Shown here: in pieces, positions 26,373 to 35,522 of the stretch
How the letters are laid out: the number at the start of each line of letters is the position of its first letter
Numbering within the stretch: the stretch's first letter is position 1
Source: Patescibacteria group bacterium
Lineage (GTDB): Bacteria > Patescibacteriota > JACMRA01
DNA: 58,147 nt
NCBI GenBank assembly: GCA_038751365.1
Contig: JBCDGH010000002.1
Location: forward strand, 1 to 58,147
Direction of reading: 5' to 3'
Made by a program: the position numbers and the translations under genes
Notes under the pieces: model-generated
The model's input: only the letters and a program-made list of their open reading frames with translations
Databases searched by the model: none
Told to the model about the DNA's origin: nothing

Positions 26373-28568
26373 ATGAATTTGATAAATTTATCTCAGATAA
26401 TAAAGCTTGCTGCAGCCACTGAAAATACTCCAGAACTCCAGTCTTACTGGGAAAAAAGGTATCAGGATTTGTTGGATAGAAATTTGTTTAAAGTTAGTGA
26501 TAAGACCATTGCTCTACTAGCAAGCGAAAATCAAGTTGATAAACCTGCCACACCGTTTGGTGATATAATTCTGGTAAATCACTTAGATAAAAACTTGGCT
26601 TTAGATGAACTAACTCTGCAGTCTACTTTAGAGAGCTCTGTGAGGCTGCTAGATAGCTTGGTAGATAAAATTGAATTTACCGCTCCTGCCAAATTTATCG
26701 TAGCCCAGTACAGAAAAATTGGACTAGGTTTGTACGACTTTGCAGAATACTTAAATTCTAGAAAGGCTAGCTCAGATTTGGATGAAATTGACTATATTGG
26801 GAGTTTAATCAGCAATGGTAGCTATAGAGCCAGCGAATCCCTAGCAGAAGAAAAAGGAATCTGTTTGAACTGGGCAAAAATAAATAAACATCTCAGACCC
26901 AAATCTTTTGAATATTGGTACCAAACCGATAGCACCGAAGTAAAGACTGGCTTAGAAATATCTCAAGACTTTGATCAAGACACAATACAAGAGTCAAAGT
27001 TTGAAATAATTCCACGTAGAAATAGTAATATTTTACTTTTTCCAAATGAGCTCGAATGGCAAATATGGAGCGACAGAGATAACACCTCTCCCAAGACAGA
27101 GATTTCACGCCTTGAGACTACTAATAATTCACAGACTAGCGAAACAGATAGGCAGTCAAACTTAAAAGAATTCCAAGCTGAAATTCCTAAGACTAGTGTG
27201 ACTGAAGATACTAAAGATGACCAAAAGGATGAAACTCCTGAGCAAATTACTCAAAGTCAAAAAGTGAATGAAACAACTAAAAGCACAGAAAATAATCTAA
27301 TCGCTGTTTCTGAAAGTAAAACTGACCTAATTGCCACTGAGGATGAAGATAACAAAATTGTACCTATAGACTCACCAGATACGCTACCAGAGCTAGAAGA
27401 AGCAATCAAAAAACAGCATAATAAATCTAAAACCGCTTTAAATCGTCCTAGCTTCAATTCCAAACCTTTATTTCAAATTGGAGAGCTTGTCGTAGTACAA
27501 AGCAATGCAAAGAATAATTTTAAAGGCAAAGTATTTCAGATTATCGATATTGTAACGCCTCAAAATCAGAAATCAACTGAGCAGTTCTTTCACTACAAGT
27601 TGGCGGGAGATGATGTAGCTGTAGAAGAATTTATTTGGGAAGAAAAAGAATTATTACCTGTGGAGCTTAACGATATTCTAGCCAAAATAAATCACCAAGT
27701 AGAAGATCGAGTAGCTGTGGAGATTAATGAGTTGATAGTGCAAAAAGTACATGCACTGGTCATTAAAGATAGCAAAATACTCTTAGAAAGTAACGGTAAT
27801 AGTCTTGAGCTACCAGGTGGTAACTTACCAAAAAATGTAGTACCTGAAGTAGCCATCAAAAACCTAATGTTCAAAAAATATGGACTAAACGGTAAAGTGG
27901 TTTACGAAATTGGTAGCAGCCTGACGAGAAGCGAGTCCAAAGAACCTAGTAACTTACACTTAGGCTACGTTTTTCAGGTAGAAGAGTTTAAAAACCCAGA
28001 TCTCAAATGGTACGAAAAAAAGGAAATTGCCAAAGCCAGTAAGTATGTTTTAGCCCTACTTGCCAAACAAGAGCTTCAAAAGAAATACTTCCAGAGCACT
28101 TACAATACAAATAAGGATCTCAAGACAGTTGTGAAAAATACAATTGAGAATAAAGTACCCAATCAATCTCAGATTAACTCTACTAATACTCAGAAAAATC
28201 AACCAACAAAACTGCAAGATATTATGTCTAAATATATACTAAAGTTAGAAAAACAATTACAAACTACCGAATTTGGTGATATCAGAATCTCTTTGGAGTA
28301 CGACTCACAAGGGATCAGAGTGCTCAGAGTGAAAGGTGATAAAGTTGCTCCTGAAATGCAAACACTTCTAAAAACCGTCCTGAATTTAGTCAACTTTAGT
28401 CTTAGTAAACAAACTAAACCCGCTGAACTTGCAAAATTATTGGAAATGCAGGGTCAAAACTCTATACCTTTATCTAATTTACTAAAAATAGTTTCAGAAA
28501 CTCTAGTTTCAGCTCCAAGTACAATAGCCGAAATAAAACCAGAAATGATTGTAGACTCCCTGCAGTAA
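26373..28568 (+). CDS. 731-aa multidomain protein: degenerate class II ribonucleotide reductase-like fragment, low-complexity linker, degenerate Nudix-like fold, TSCPD-like C-terminus
   Basis: TPFGDIIL (res 60-67) aligns with the RNR finger loop NPCGEI.L, with Cys replaced by Phe, Asn by Thr and Glu by Asp. YRKIGLGLYDFAEYL...ASESLAEEKG matches the RNR R.iGLG..G.a..L...aS..LA.ekG block. In the middle, ALVIKDSKILLE..LELPGGNLPKNVVPEVAIKNLMFKKYGL is Nudix-like, but RE and EE are replaced by KN and KK. The C-terminal TEFGDIRISLEYDSQGIRVLRVKGDK...LLKTVLNLVNFSLSKQ resembles a TSCPD domain without its cysteines. Confidence 0.5.
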   Translation: MNLINLSQIIKLAAATENTPELQSYWEKRYQDLLDRNLFKVSDKTIALLASENQVDKPATPFGDIILVNHLDKNLALDELTLQSTLESSVRLLDSLVDKIEFTAPAKFIVAQYRKIGLGLYDFAEYLNSRKASSDLDEIDYIGSLISNGSYRASESLAEEKGICLNWAKINKHLRPKSFEYWYQTDSTEVKTGLEISQDFDQDTIQESKFEIIPRRNSNILLFPNELEWQIWSDRDNTSPKTEISRLETTNNSQTSETDRQSNLKEFQAEIPKTSVTEDTKDDQKDETPEQITQSQKVNETTKSTENNLIAVSESKTDLIATEDEDNKIVPIDSPDTLPELEEAIKKQHNKSKTALNRPSFNSKPLFQIGELVVVQSNAKNNFKGKVFQIIDIVTPQNQKSTEQFFHYKLAGDDVAVEEFIWEEKELLPVELNDILAKINHQVEDRVAVEINELIVQKVHALVIKDSKILLESNGNSLELPGGNLPKNVVPEVAIKNLMFKKYGLNGKVVYEIGSSLTRSESKEPSNLHLGYVFQVEEFKNPDLKWYEKKEIAKASKYVLALLAKQELQKKYFQSTYNTNKDLKTVVKNTIENKVPNQSQINSTNTQKNQPTKLQDIMSKYILKLEKQLQTTEFGDIRISLEYDSQGIRVLRVKGDKVAPEMQTLLKTVLNLVNFSLSKQTKPAELAKLLEMQGQNSIPLSNLLKIVSETLVSAPSTIAEIKPEMIVDSLQ

Positions 28569-28583
28569 AAAGTTGAAATTCAC

Positions 28584-29063
28584 TCAACAAATTTCTTGTG
28601 ATTGCTTATTAAGCAAGTACTCAAAGCCAATAGCGTAAAACTTTATCTTTTTCAAAACTGCCTTAATTCCATTCGAGCGAGTTGATGACAGGTGATCACT
28701 CAAGCCAAGCCAGTCAATAAAATAGGGTTTTGTCTCAATTATTTGTTTAGGAGTTAAACCTGAGTAAACCTGCAGAATTAAACTTAGCAGACCACGTACT
28801 ATCATAGCATCACTTTCAGCTGATAAAACTACCCTACCCTCGTGTAATTGAGCACTAAGCCAAACTCTTGATTGACATCCAGATACTTTATTCTCAGGAA
28901 CTTTAAAAGCGGAGGTTTGCTTTGGAAGAGATTGTCCAAGCTCAATTATTTTTTCATAGCGCTCATCCCAACTTGCTAACTTACTAAAATCAGCAATGAT
29001 TTGATCTTGCTTTGTCATTAGTAGCAAGCTAAGTACATAAGCTGGTTTATGTAAAATACACAA
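28584..29063 (-). CDS. sufE: cysteine desulfuration protein SufE
   Basis: WDERYEKIIELG...ENKVSGCQSRVWL...DSDAMIVRGL pattern with the conserved persulfide-accepting Cys. The likely start is the ATG at 29018 (MTKQDQ). Confidence 0.8.
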   Translation of the reverse strand: MCILHKPAYVLSLLLMTKQDQIIADFSKLASWDERYEKIIELGQSLPKQTSAFKVPENKVSGCQSRVWLSAQLHEGRVVLSAESDAMIVRGLLSLILQVYSGLTPKQIIETKPYFIDWLGLSDHLSSTRSNGIKAVLKKIKFYAIGFEYLLNKQSQEIC

Positions 29064-29080
29064 ACAAAATAAAGTGCAGA

Positions 29081-30424
29081 CTAACCAAAAATAATCCTCT
29101 CCAACTCTTTATATATTGTTGTTTTAGGTTCTATTAACTTAGCAATATTTAAGTTTAAATTACTATAAAAGCTGTCAGCCAATTCTAAATCCGATATTGC
29201 TTCAGTGAAAGATTTTTTTAGTCTATTTTTATAGCTATCACCCCTCACACCGTTCTCTGCCTCTTTTTGAATTTGGTCGTGTAGTTTATCTAAGCGATTT
29301 AACAATGATAATTCACACTTTTTACCTAAACTACTGTACAAAACTCTTACAACCTCAGAATTATACATATAACACTCAATGGCTCTTCTCCTTAGTACTT
29401 TCACTCCCGGTTTGTTTTTTTGATAGCTTGTTATCTCTTTCTCAGAACAAAACTCATGATCTCTGTCTCTAACCATTAGTATTTTGAAATTGGCAGCCAA
29501 ACCAGCGCGGATTTGCCTTAATAATTCAAAAGTAGATTCCAGTTGACTTGTACCTCTACTAGAAACAAATAAGGCTCTGGGGCTATGATTCTGAAAAATA
29601 GAGTTATAAAATTTTTCATCTTCGTCTTTACCCTGCCCCTCACAAAACACCAAGTAAGGAGAATTATCATTCAAATCAAATTTCGCTTTTGCAACCAAGT
29701 CCATTAATCCAGCTCCAAGCATTTTACCAGCTATTGAGTTAACTTTAGAACCCCAATAACCATACTGACCCTTTACCTTAGCCACTCCATTTTTATCAGT
29801 TAGCTTTCCATTTTTCATGAAATAAACCTTTTGACTTGGATAGAATTCAGCTTTATAGTTTCTAGATTGTTTCTCCTGATAGTCTACTAAAGAAGCAGCT
29901 TCGCTAATAACAAAAGGACTATGAGTTTCTATTATAAATTGCACCTTAAGGTTTACGGCTAGAACTCCACACAGTCTAGAAATGTCTTTTTGTAGCTTAG
30001 GATGCAAGTGAGTCTCTGGCTCATCCATCAAAAAAATTTTAACCCCGTCGTACTTAGAAAGTTTGTACACTAATTTACATATCTTAATTAGCTTATCCAG
30101 ACCACCACGCTCAACCCCGTTGGTTTGGTAGTATCTCTTAAGCACAGGTAAAAAAGAAACTAAATCCTCATAATCAAGCTTACTCAGATGTAAATCAGTA
30201 ATTTTGTCTAAAATAATAGTTATCTCACTAGAATATTTATTATTCAGACCATCTTTAAGCAGAACAATATCATCTCTACAACTTATAATATATTGCAAAA
30301 CTTGGCTCTTGCCACTGCCATTCTCACCAGTTAAGATATTAACGTCGGTAAGTTCTTTAAGTTTAACTTTACTTAAATTACGAAATTTTTTGATTTCTAT
30401 TGACTTCAGCATAAGACCGAACAA
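29081..30424 (-). CDS. ABC/AAA_21-type ATPase fused to a Toprim/DUF4435-like domain (OLD / PARIS AriA-AriB-like, single polypeptide)
   Basis: Walker A GENGSGKS (res 33-40), Walker B IFLMDEPETHLHP, and H-loop ETHSPF. The C-terminal half has LVFCEGQGKDE, ILMVRDRDHEF and RRRAIECYMY. These match the E...DxD...IE(N/C)Y pattern of Toprim-like DUF4435 domains. Confidence 0.7.
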   Translation of the reverse strand: MFGLMLKSIEIKKFRNLSKVKLKELTDVNILTGENGSGKSQVLQYIISCRDDIVLLKDGLNNKYSSEITIILDKITDLHLSKLDYEDLVSFLPVLKRYYQTNGVERGGLDKLIKICKLVYKLSKYDGVKIFLMDEPETHLHPKLQKDISRLCGVLAVNLKVQFIIETHSPFVISEAASLVDYQEKQSRNYKAEFYPSQKVYFMKNGKLTDKNGVAKVKGQYGYWGSKVNSIAGKMLGAGLMDLVAKAKFDLNDNSPYLVFCEGQGKDEDEKFYNSIFQNHSPRALFVSSRGTSQLESTFELLRQIRAGLAANFKILMVRDRDHEFCSEKEITSYQKNKPGVKVLRRRAIECYMYNSEVVRVLYSSLGKKCELSLLNRLDKLHDQIQKEAENGVRGDSYKNRLKKSFTEAISDLELADSFYSNLNLNIAKLIEPKTTIYKELERIIFG

Positions 30425-30539
30425 CAGTTAGTTTAGCTCATATGAAAGCTTTTGAAAAGTGTATATACACGCTCACTAAATTGCTAATATAGCAAAAGTG
30501 TGCTACATTTCTGTTCAATTAAAAAATAAACTGTAATAT

Positions 30540-31721
30540 ATGAAAAAAATGTCGACCAGTTCCATTGTAAAGTGGTGCATATTAGCTAGTTTGTTAGTAT
30601 TAGGTATTGTCACTGTTTTTGGTATAATTAGTTTGTACCAATTCACAAATAAAAATAAAACATTAGAATCAACAGCTTACACTACATTGTATAGTTTTAA
30701 CACGAATGAAAGTAATGGCTATCTTAATGTGAATACTGTTACTCAAAATAATAGTGAAGTTAGAAGTAGAGATCGAGATGGAAATCCAAGTACAACCTTT
30801 ATAGAACGCAAATTAGAATCTACTTTAGAACAAAAATCTGGATATTTTATGTTGGAAAGATTCCTGAGAGGAGATATTGAAGAATCAGATAACCCGCTAA
30901 ATAATTATAATAGTGAAATAGTTAAAGAGACGGAGTGGTTCGGTTTAGATTGTCCCGACCCCAAAACAAGCAACTTCGTAGTTAGGGAAAATTATTTAGC
31001 AGATGGCTTAAGTATACATGTCGAATCGGAACTATACACAAAAAGTGCTTACTTCGGCTTTCCAAATTCAAATAATTGTTATTTTAAGACTAGCATTATT
31101 AAATCTGAGATTTCTCTTAATAATGAAATTATTTATAGTGATTCTAATTACAAATATATATCTGGAGTAAATAAAATTGATAACCAAAAAATTGCGATTA
31201 ATATACGTCGAGATAGATCATTATTTGAAGAATCATCAAATATATTATTATACACCACTGATAGCGGAGAGCAGTGGCATACAATAAGTAATGTTTACTA
31301 TAATAGAGGTAGTACGGATAACTTCCTAAACAATGGTGACGTGCTTAACTTTACTGAGCAAAATTTGGATGACGAAGAAATTGAATACTATAATAATTTG
31401 CTCACCACTCCCAATTTTTCATTCAGCTATTTCATTTATTCAAGTCCAAACATTGCTAATCATATAAAAGATGTTAGACTAGATGACGAATATACAGTTT
31501 TAACTTATACAGACGGTACACTTGAATGTTTAAATACTCCTGGAATTAACTCTTTCTATAGTAGAGGTTGTAATAAGGAAGTGTATTTTTATACTGAATC
31601 TGGTAAAATTGATATAGTAAAAACACTTGAATCTATAACTGACTTCCCTGAAGAAATAAAAAATATGAAAGGAAAAGAGCGGGATACTGAAATAGCAGAA
31701 AAATATATAGACAAGATATAA
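30540..31721 (+). CDS. hypothetical membrane-anchored/secreted protein, 393 aa
   Basis: N-terminal TM/signal helix (WCILASLLVLGIVTVFGII), then an Asn/Ser/Tyr-rich extracytoplasmic domain. No family recognised. Confidence 0.5.
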   Translation: MKKMSTSSIVKWCILASLLVLGIVTVFGIISLYQFTNKNKTLESTAYTTLYSFNTNESNGYLNVNTVTQNNSEVRSRDRDGNPSTTFIERKLESTLEQKSGYFMLERFLRGDIEESDNPLNNYNSEIVKETEWFGLDCPDPKTSNFVVRENYLADGLSIHVESELYTKSAYFGFPNSNNCYFKTSIIKSEISLNNEIIYSDSNYKYISGVNKIDNQKIAINIRRDRSLFEESSNILLYTTDSGEQWHTISNVYYNRGSTDNFLNNGDVLNFTEQNLDDEEIEYYNNLLTTPNFSFSYFIYSSPNIANHIKDVRLDDEYTVLTYTDGTLECLNTPGINSFYSRGCNKEVYFYTESGKIDIVKTLESITDFPEEIKNMKGKERDTEIAEKYIDKI

Positions 31722-31784
31722 GACTAAAATCTACAAAACATTAATTTCTGACTAAAAATTGTCTTAAAAGCAGAGAATTTAACC

Positions 31785-33989
31785 CTAATCGCTTAGAACT
31801 TTCTTGCGATCAATTTCTACACAACGTACTACAATCTCTGTACCAGTAAAACCAAAATTTTTCCTAATAATATTCTCCAAAAACCTTAAGTAGGACCAGT
31901 GTATAGTGGTTTTATCTTTGACTAGCAATTCAAAAGTAGGTGGCTTGTTTTTACTGTATAAAAGATCATAAACTACAGGTTTTTTCTTAATCCGTAGCTT
32001 CTTTGGCGGCTTTTGTTTCATTAGATAGTTAAAAAGCTTTCTAAGCTCAGTTTTTTCAATTACTTTTTCTCTACTAGCCAAAGATTCATCTATAGAATCC
32101 CAGATTTCATTTAGTTCACCTGATTTAGATTCTGTAGCCGTAACCCATATAAACTTATCTACTTTCAAAAAGTTAAATTTGTTAAAAAAATCTCTAACAA
32201 ACTTTTGCCTTTGTTCTACATCTACAAGATCTTCTTTGTTAGCTATGACCACCAAACCTTTATGAGCCTGTTTAATAATCCCCGCTACGACTTGATCTTG
32301 ATGACTAAGTGGCTGTGATCCATCTAAAATCAGACATATTACATCTGCTTGGTGAGCCGCTTCTACTGTCCTAAAAGTAGCAAAGCTCTCTACACCAAAT
32401 GTACGTTGACCAGGTCTGCGAATACCTACAGAATCTAATATTATATACTTCTTCTTTAAATTTTTACCCTCAGGCTGTATCTCTCTTTCAACTAAACTAT
32501 CGTTCACACTTAGGGTGGTACCTGCGATATCAGTGACTATCTGAATCTCCTGACCTAACATTGCATTAAACAAAGAACTTTTTCCTACATTTGGCTTACC
32601 GAGAAGTAGTATCTTTGGTAATTCAATTTCTGTAGAATTACTTAACTCTATACTAGTTTCAGCTCGGCTTTCGATCCTTTTGATTTCTTCTTCAACCATT
32701 GTATTATGGTCAAAAACTACTCCGTATATTCCTTTGTTAGTAGCTGCTTCAATATTTTCTTCTAGATCATCAAAAAAAATAGTCTCCTCAGCTTTCATAT
32801 TATAATCACTAAGCAGCAAATCAAAAAACTTAGGATCCGGCTTTTTTAAACCTGTCTTATAACTAGCTAACCCACCTTTAAAAATCTTGAAAATATCAGC
32901 CTCTCTACAGACTTCAAAGCTCTGCTCGTCAATATTAGTCAGATAATATATATTGTATAACTTGGCTAACGACTTAATAGTTGCTGCCAGCTTCAAGTCT
33001 ACATAAAAGTTACGCCCCCATAAATTCTCTTCAAAAGCTTCTAAACTAGTTAATTTTTGATACCTTAGACTCCAATCATTTAGAGATTCATTCTTACTCG
33101 ATAGATCTATCAATTCATTAAGCATGTAGCTAAGATCATCAACTTTAGATTGTCCGTTTTCTATTTGTTCAGCAATGTTTTCAGCCAACTTACGGGTATT
33201 TTCAGTAAAAATAACTCCCCAAAAATCAAACACAAGGTTTTTAATCTTACTCTTAGTTTTAGAATCAGCTTTTGGCGCATTATCGGTACTATTCGAGAAC
33301 TTCACTGATTGGAATAAGCCGTCTTCATTACGAACTATGTAATAGCTACCATCTTTGTCTTTTCTAACTTCTTTTGCTAGCTTACGTCTTTGGCGAGTTT
33401 TTTGGCTATTGATCTGAGCTAGTTGACCTGTTTTTTCAAACCCCATCTGCTCTAATTTATCCACTATTACATCCATCAGGGTATTTAAGCCATACCCAGA
33501 ATTAGCAGATACATTAACAAAATCAAAGCCTCCAAGCCTAGCGTATTCAGACACGTTTTTATCGAAGTTAGGATCGTCGACCTTATTTATACATATTAGC
33601 ACGGGCTTACCTGTTTTCCATACTTTCTGTACAATAGACTCAGGTATAGTCTCTGGGTTTTGTTTGCGGTCTATCACCCAAATTAATATATCAGCTTCAG
33701 CAACTGCAGACCAACTACGAATTTGCACTGCTTTTAGTATTTTATCCCTAGTATCTGGCACTAATCCCCCTGTATCAACAAATCTCATGTACATACCTTC
33801 CCAATAGTCTTCACCATAACTCAAGTCTCTGGTAGTATGAGCCTCATTAGCTACTATAGCCAATTTTGAGCCTGATAAGCGATTAACAAGTGTACTTTTC
33901 CCTGCGTTTGGTAATCCAATCAAAGCTATCAATGGGATTTTTTTTGACATAATTACTAAAAACCTGCTCCGTTTGTATGTTAATGTCAA
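31785..33989 (-). CDS. der: ribosome-associated GTPase Der/EngA with a HAD-like domain inserted between the two G domains
   Basis: G domain 1: GLPNAGKSTL, TTRD, DTGG, NKVD. G domain 2: GKPNVGKSSL, GTT, DSVG, NKED. A C-terminal KH-like domain follows. Residues ~249-430 read as a HAD fold: VFDFWGVIF (motif I, second Asp replaced by Trp), LTN, KKPDP, FFDDLEEN. The likely start is the ATG at 33950 (MSKKIPL). Confidence 0.85.
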   Translation of the reverse strand: MTLTYKRSRFLVIMSKKIPLIALIGLPNAGKSTLVNRLSGSKLAIVANEAHTTRDLSYGEDYWEGMYMRFVDTGGLVPDTRDKILKAVQIRSWSAVAEADILIWVIDRKQNPETIPESIVQKVWKTGKPVLICINKVDDPNFDKNVSEYARLGGFDFVNVSANSGYGLNTLMDVIVDKLEQMGFEKTGQLAQINSQKTRQRRKLAKEVRKDKDGSYYIVRNEDGLFQSVKFSNSTDNAPKADSKTKSKIKNLVFDFWGVIFTENTRKLAENIAEQIENGQSKVDDLSYMLNELIDLSSKNESLNDWSLRYQKLTSLEAFEENLWGRNFYVDLKLAATIKSLAKLYNIYYLTNIDEQSFEVCREADIFKIFKGGLASYKTGLKKPDPKFFDLLLSDYNMKAEETIFFDDLEENIEAATNKGIYGVVFDHNTMVEEEIKRIESRAETSIELSNSTEIELPKILLLGKPNVGKSSLFNAMLGQEIQIVTDIAGTTLSVNDSLVEREIQPEGKNLKKKYIILDSVGIRRPGQRTFGVESFATFRTVEAAHQADVICLILDGSQPLSHQDQVVAGIIKQAHKGLVVIANKEDLVDVEQRQKFVRDFFNKFNFLKVDKFIWVTATESKSGELNEIWDSIDESLASREKVIEKTELRKLFNYLMKQKPPKKLRIKKKPVVYDLLYSKNKPPTFELLVKDKTTIHWSYLRFLENIIRKNFGFTGTEIVVRCVEIDRKKVLSD

Positions 33990-34438
33990 TAATCATACTT
34001 ACATGCGATGGCGGTAGTCGCTTAAACCCTGGTCCGTCAGCAACAGGATATGCTGTCTGGCAATCTGAAAACAAAATATATGATCCTGAGGTCTTGCTTA
34101 GTTTGAGTTCTGAGGTTGATCCAGTAGATTATGGAGGGTCTTATCTGGGCGTATCTACCAATAATCAGGCCGAGTGGAAAGCTTTGCTAGAAGGTTTAGA
34201 TAGCGTAAAGCGTAGGTTTGGATGCAATACAGAAGTACAAGCATTTTTAGATAGCGAATTAGTTGTGAAACAAATTAGTGGGCAATACAAAGTAAAACAC
34301 CCAGATTTGATCCCCCTAAGTAAAAAACTCAAGACCTTAAATACTGAGCTAAAATCTATTTCTTACACACATATACTCCGAAAGTATAATAAAAAGGCAG
34401 ATTCAATAGTGAATCAAATCTTAGATGATAATCAGTAA
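33977..34438 (+). CDS. rnhA: ribonuclease HI
   Basis: CDGGSRLNPGPSATGYAV, NNQAEWKALLEGL, DSELVVKQ and NKKADSIVNQ supply the DEDD catalytic residues in the canonical order. Confidence 0.8.
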   Translation: MLMSIIILTCDGGSRLNPGPSATGYAVWQSENKIYDPEVLLSLSSEVDPVDYGGSYLGVSTNNQAEWKALLEGLDSVKRRFGCNTEVQAFLDSELVVKQISGQYKVKHPDLIPLSKKLKTLNTELKSISYTHILRKYNKKADSIVNQILDDNQ

Positions 34439-34442
34439 TTAG

Positions 34443-35312
34443 TTATTTGCTTACCTTCTCTAAAGCTTGCCACAAAAATAGCTTATACCAAGTTAAGATC
34501 TCTACCTTACTTTGTGTTTTCATTTTCTGATCAATAAGAATCAGCTTACGTATAAGCGACTGAGCAATCTCATTCGAACTTTTATTCAGCTTACTAAATA
34601 TCAAACTTAAAGCAAGCTGGACCTCGTTTTCACCGATTTGCTGATACCATTTATTTATTTGCTGATCCAATTTTAAAGGATCAAAACCAATCATAAATAT
34701 TGGCAAACTATCCTGCTTAAGCAGTGATTTTAAAGCTAAAACCTTATCATCAGCTAAACTAATAAAATCAAGATTATCAATAATTTCAGAATAGTGCTGA
34801 CTTTGTTTAAGGATCAGATCTAATTGTTTATCCTCTAGTTGTAACCCAAGCTTAGCAATATATTTCTTGGCTAACTTATACATTAATACTGTATCTGGTT
34901 TTTTTAAGGATATATAATCAAATCCTGAATTTTGCCATTTCCTTTTTAAATCTGCAGTGAAAGATTGTTGGCTACTTGAGAAAAAATATAGTTTATGCTC
35001 AGGAAAGTCATTATTAAGTTCACTTAGATAGTTTATTGCTTTGGGATCAAGATTTAGGTTTTTGGTGTCCACAATATAACTTTTGCTAGACTCTTTCTCA
35101 AAAAGACCTTCGCCTTCTAAAAGAGCTTGCCTAAGATCAGCTATACTTACTGGTATTAATCTAATAAATTTTAATCTTGAATTAATTAAAGTGGTTAAGA
35201 CATCTTCATTATTTTCTTCAGCTAAAAATACTCTAAACAAACTAAACTCTACAAACTCAGCAAACCAAAACATAATTACCTTAGGCTTAGTTAGTAAAGA
35301 CAGGCTTGTCAA
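34443..35312 (-). CDS. possible DNA polymerase III delta subunit (HolA-like); otherwise hypothetical
   Basis: The size and helical C-terminal pattern (LGLQLEDKQLDLILKQSQ..., NEVQLALSLIFSKL) loosely resemble HolA. There are no sharp motifs, so the assignment is weak. Confidence 0.35.
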   Translation of the reverse strand: MTSLSLLTKPKVIMFWFAEFVEFSLFRVFLAEENNEDVLTTLINSRLKFIRLIPVSIADLRQALLEGEGLFEKESSKSYIVDTKNLNLDPKAINYLSELNNDFPEHKLYFFSSSQQSFTADLKRKWQNSGFDYISLKKPDTVLMYKLAKKYIAKLGLQLEDKQLDLILKQSQHYSEIIDNLDFISLADDKVLALKSLLKQDSLPIFMIGFDPLKLDQQINKWYQQIGENEVQLALSLIFSKLNKSSNEIAQSLIRKLILIDQKMKTQSKVEILTWYKLFLWQALEKVSK

Positions 35313-35392
35313 AACTGGCTTGACAAAAAATGTAAATGAGTAGCATTATTGTGTTTAATCATCATCAAATTAAATTTCTAGCCAGCACGATT

Positions 35393-35521
35393 ATGATCGC
35401 TACCTATAATCCAAAGAAGAAGCAAAGAAGGAGAAAGACTGGATTCCTCGTGAGAATTAGAAAAGCTGCCAATGTAATAAAGAGAAGGAGAGCTAAAGGT
35501 CGTTGGAAACTTACTCCTTAG
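35393..35521 (+). CDS. rpmH: 50S ribosomal protein L34
   Basis: MIATYNPKKKQRRRKTGFLVRIRKAANVIKRRRAKGRWKLTP matches the L34 pattern. The longer track ORF beginning at 35336 is an upstream extension. Confidence 0.85.
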   Translation: MIATYNPKKKQRRRKTGFLVRIRKAANVIKRRRAKGRWKLTP

Positions 35522-35522
35522 T

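Noticed and set aside
11729-30424. Gabija-like pairing of an ATPase-Toprim protein (29081..30424) with a UvrD-type helicase (11729..13972).
   Set aside because: The two genes are about 15 kb apart, separated by many housekeeping genes and on opposite strands. The helicase looks like the ordinary chromosomal UvrD/PcrA.
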